From assembly GCA_030390025.1 (NCBI GenBank), contig CM059433.1:15812001-15876000 (forward strand): a stretch of 64,000 bases of DNA. Direction: 5' to 3'. Under the pieces are notes generated by a model, which searched no databases, had not been told where the DNA came from, and saw only the letters and a program-made list of their open reading frames with translations. Every line of letters begins with the position of its first letter. Positions within the stretch are counted from its first letter, which is position 1. Shown here piece after piece: positions 62,575 through 64,000 of the stretch. The position numbers were made by a program, and so were the translations under genes. The DNA is from Squalus acanthias (Eukaryota).

Positions 62575-64000
62575 CATAACCATCATTCTGCCATTACCAT
62601 CAAGCCAGGGGACCAACCCTGGTTCATTAAGGGGTGTAGAAGAGCATGCCAGGAGCAGCACCAGGCGTACCTAAAAATGAGGTGCCAACCTGGGGAAGCT
62701 GCAACACAGGACTACATGCATGCTAAGCAGTGGAAGCAGCATGCTAGAGACAGAGCTAAGCGATCCCACAACCAACGGATCAGGTCAAAGCTCTGCAGTC
62801 CTGCCACATCCAGTCGTGAATGGTGGTGGACAATTAAACAACTAACAGGAGGAGGAGGCTCCATGAACGTCCCCATCCTCAAAGATGACAGAGCCCAGCA
62901 ATTCAGTGCAAAAGAGAAGGCTGAAGCATTTGCAACCATCTTCAGCCAGAAGTGCTGTGTGGATGATCCAGCTCGACCTCCTGCTGAGGTCCGCACCATC
63001 ACAAAAGCCAGTCTTCAGCCAATTCAATTTACTCCGCGAGATATCAAGAAATGGCTGAGCGCACTGGATACGGCAAAGGCTATGGGCCCTGACAACATCC
63101 CGGCTATCGTGCTGAAGACTTGTGCTCCAGAACTAGCTGTGCCTCTAGACAAGCTGTTCCAGTACAGCTACAACACTGGCATCTACCCAGCAATGTGGAA
63201 AACTGCCCAGGTATGTCCTGTCCACGAAAAGCAGGTCAAATCCAATCCGGCCATTTACCGCCCCATCAGTCTACTCTCAATCATCAGCAAAGTGATGGAA
63301 GGTGTCACCGACAGTGCTATCAAGCGACACTTACTCACCAATAACCTGCTCACTGATACGACAGCAAAATACTGCGGATGCTGGAAATCCGAAATAACAA
63401 CAGAAAACGCTGGAAAAACTCAGCAGGCCAGGCAGCATCCGCGGAGAGAGAAACAGAGTTAACGTTTCAAGTCGAAGACCTTTCGTCAGAACTGGAAAAA
63501 AGCAGGAAATGAAATAGATTTTAAAGCAAGTTTAGGGCTGGGAAAAGGGGGAGGGGATGAAAGAACAAAAGAGAAGGTCAGTGATAGGATGCTCACTGAT
63601 GCTTAGTTTGGGTTCCACTAGGACCACTCGGCTCCAGACCTCATTACAGCCTTGGTCCAAACATGAAAAAGAAAGAGCTGAATTCTAGAGGTGAGGTGAC
63701 AGTGACTGCCCTTGACATCAAGACAGCATTTGACCGAGTGTGGTATCAAGGAGCCCTAGTAAAATTGAAGTCAATGGGAATCAGGGGGTAAACTCTCCAC
63801 TGGCTGGAGTCATACCTACCACTAAGGAAGATGGTTGTGGTTGTTGCAGGCCAATCATCTCAGCTCCAGGATATCACTGCAGGAGTTCCTCAGGGCAGTG
63901 TCCTAGGCCCAACCATCTTCAGCTGCTTCATCAATGACCTTCCCTCCATCATAAGGTCAGAAGTGAGGATGTTCGCTGATGATCAAACAGTGTTCAGTTC
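62575..64000 (+). mobile_element. CR1-Zenon-like LINE, RT region, runs off window end
   Basis: ORF 62677-63462 contains KAMGPDNIPAIVLKTCAPEL and YRPISLLS. GVPQGSVLGP and MFADD follow at ~63880-63982. Confidence 0.9.
63358..63589 (-). mobile_element. Penelope/MER6-like hammerhead-bearing insertion with 11-bp TSD
   Basis: The TSD TGCTCACTGAT is at 63347-63357 and 63590-63600. The HHR motif at 63458-63492 reads GTT-CTGACGA-A-AGGTC ttc GACTT-GAAA-CGTT-AAC on the reverse complement. Confidence 0.85.

Overview
This is eukaryotic, repeat-dense DNA with no recognisable host protein-coding gene, so it is probably intergenic or deep intronic. The repeat repertoire points to a cartilaginous fish (inference). 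It includes vertebrate CR1, L2, SacSINE1-like DeuSINEs, Penelope pseudo-LTRs and Harbinger elements. All recognisable ORFs are decayed transposon genes: CR1 ORF1/ORF2, a CR1-Zenon-like EN-RT LINE, RTE, Tx1, a Penelope GIY-YIG end, and Harbinger DDE transposase and Myb/SANT relics. There are also four solo LTRs with target-site duplications, many Harbinger-type MITEs, and at least five Penelope-type minimal hammerhead ribozyme motifs. The most unusual signal is a near full-length LINE (50777-53650) that starts with a tRNA-derived Pol III head, has no ORF1, and is almost free of T4+ runs on its sense strand. Short head+tail deletion derivatives of it occur as SINEs in the same window, which suggests a Pol III-driven LINE/SINE pair. 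The second is a MITE family with covarying hairpins, NRF1/ETS/Sp1 motifs and repeated perfect 5' splice sites. Family names come from remembered motifs, not database searches. Boundaries without a stated TSD or TIR are approximate.
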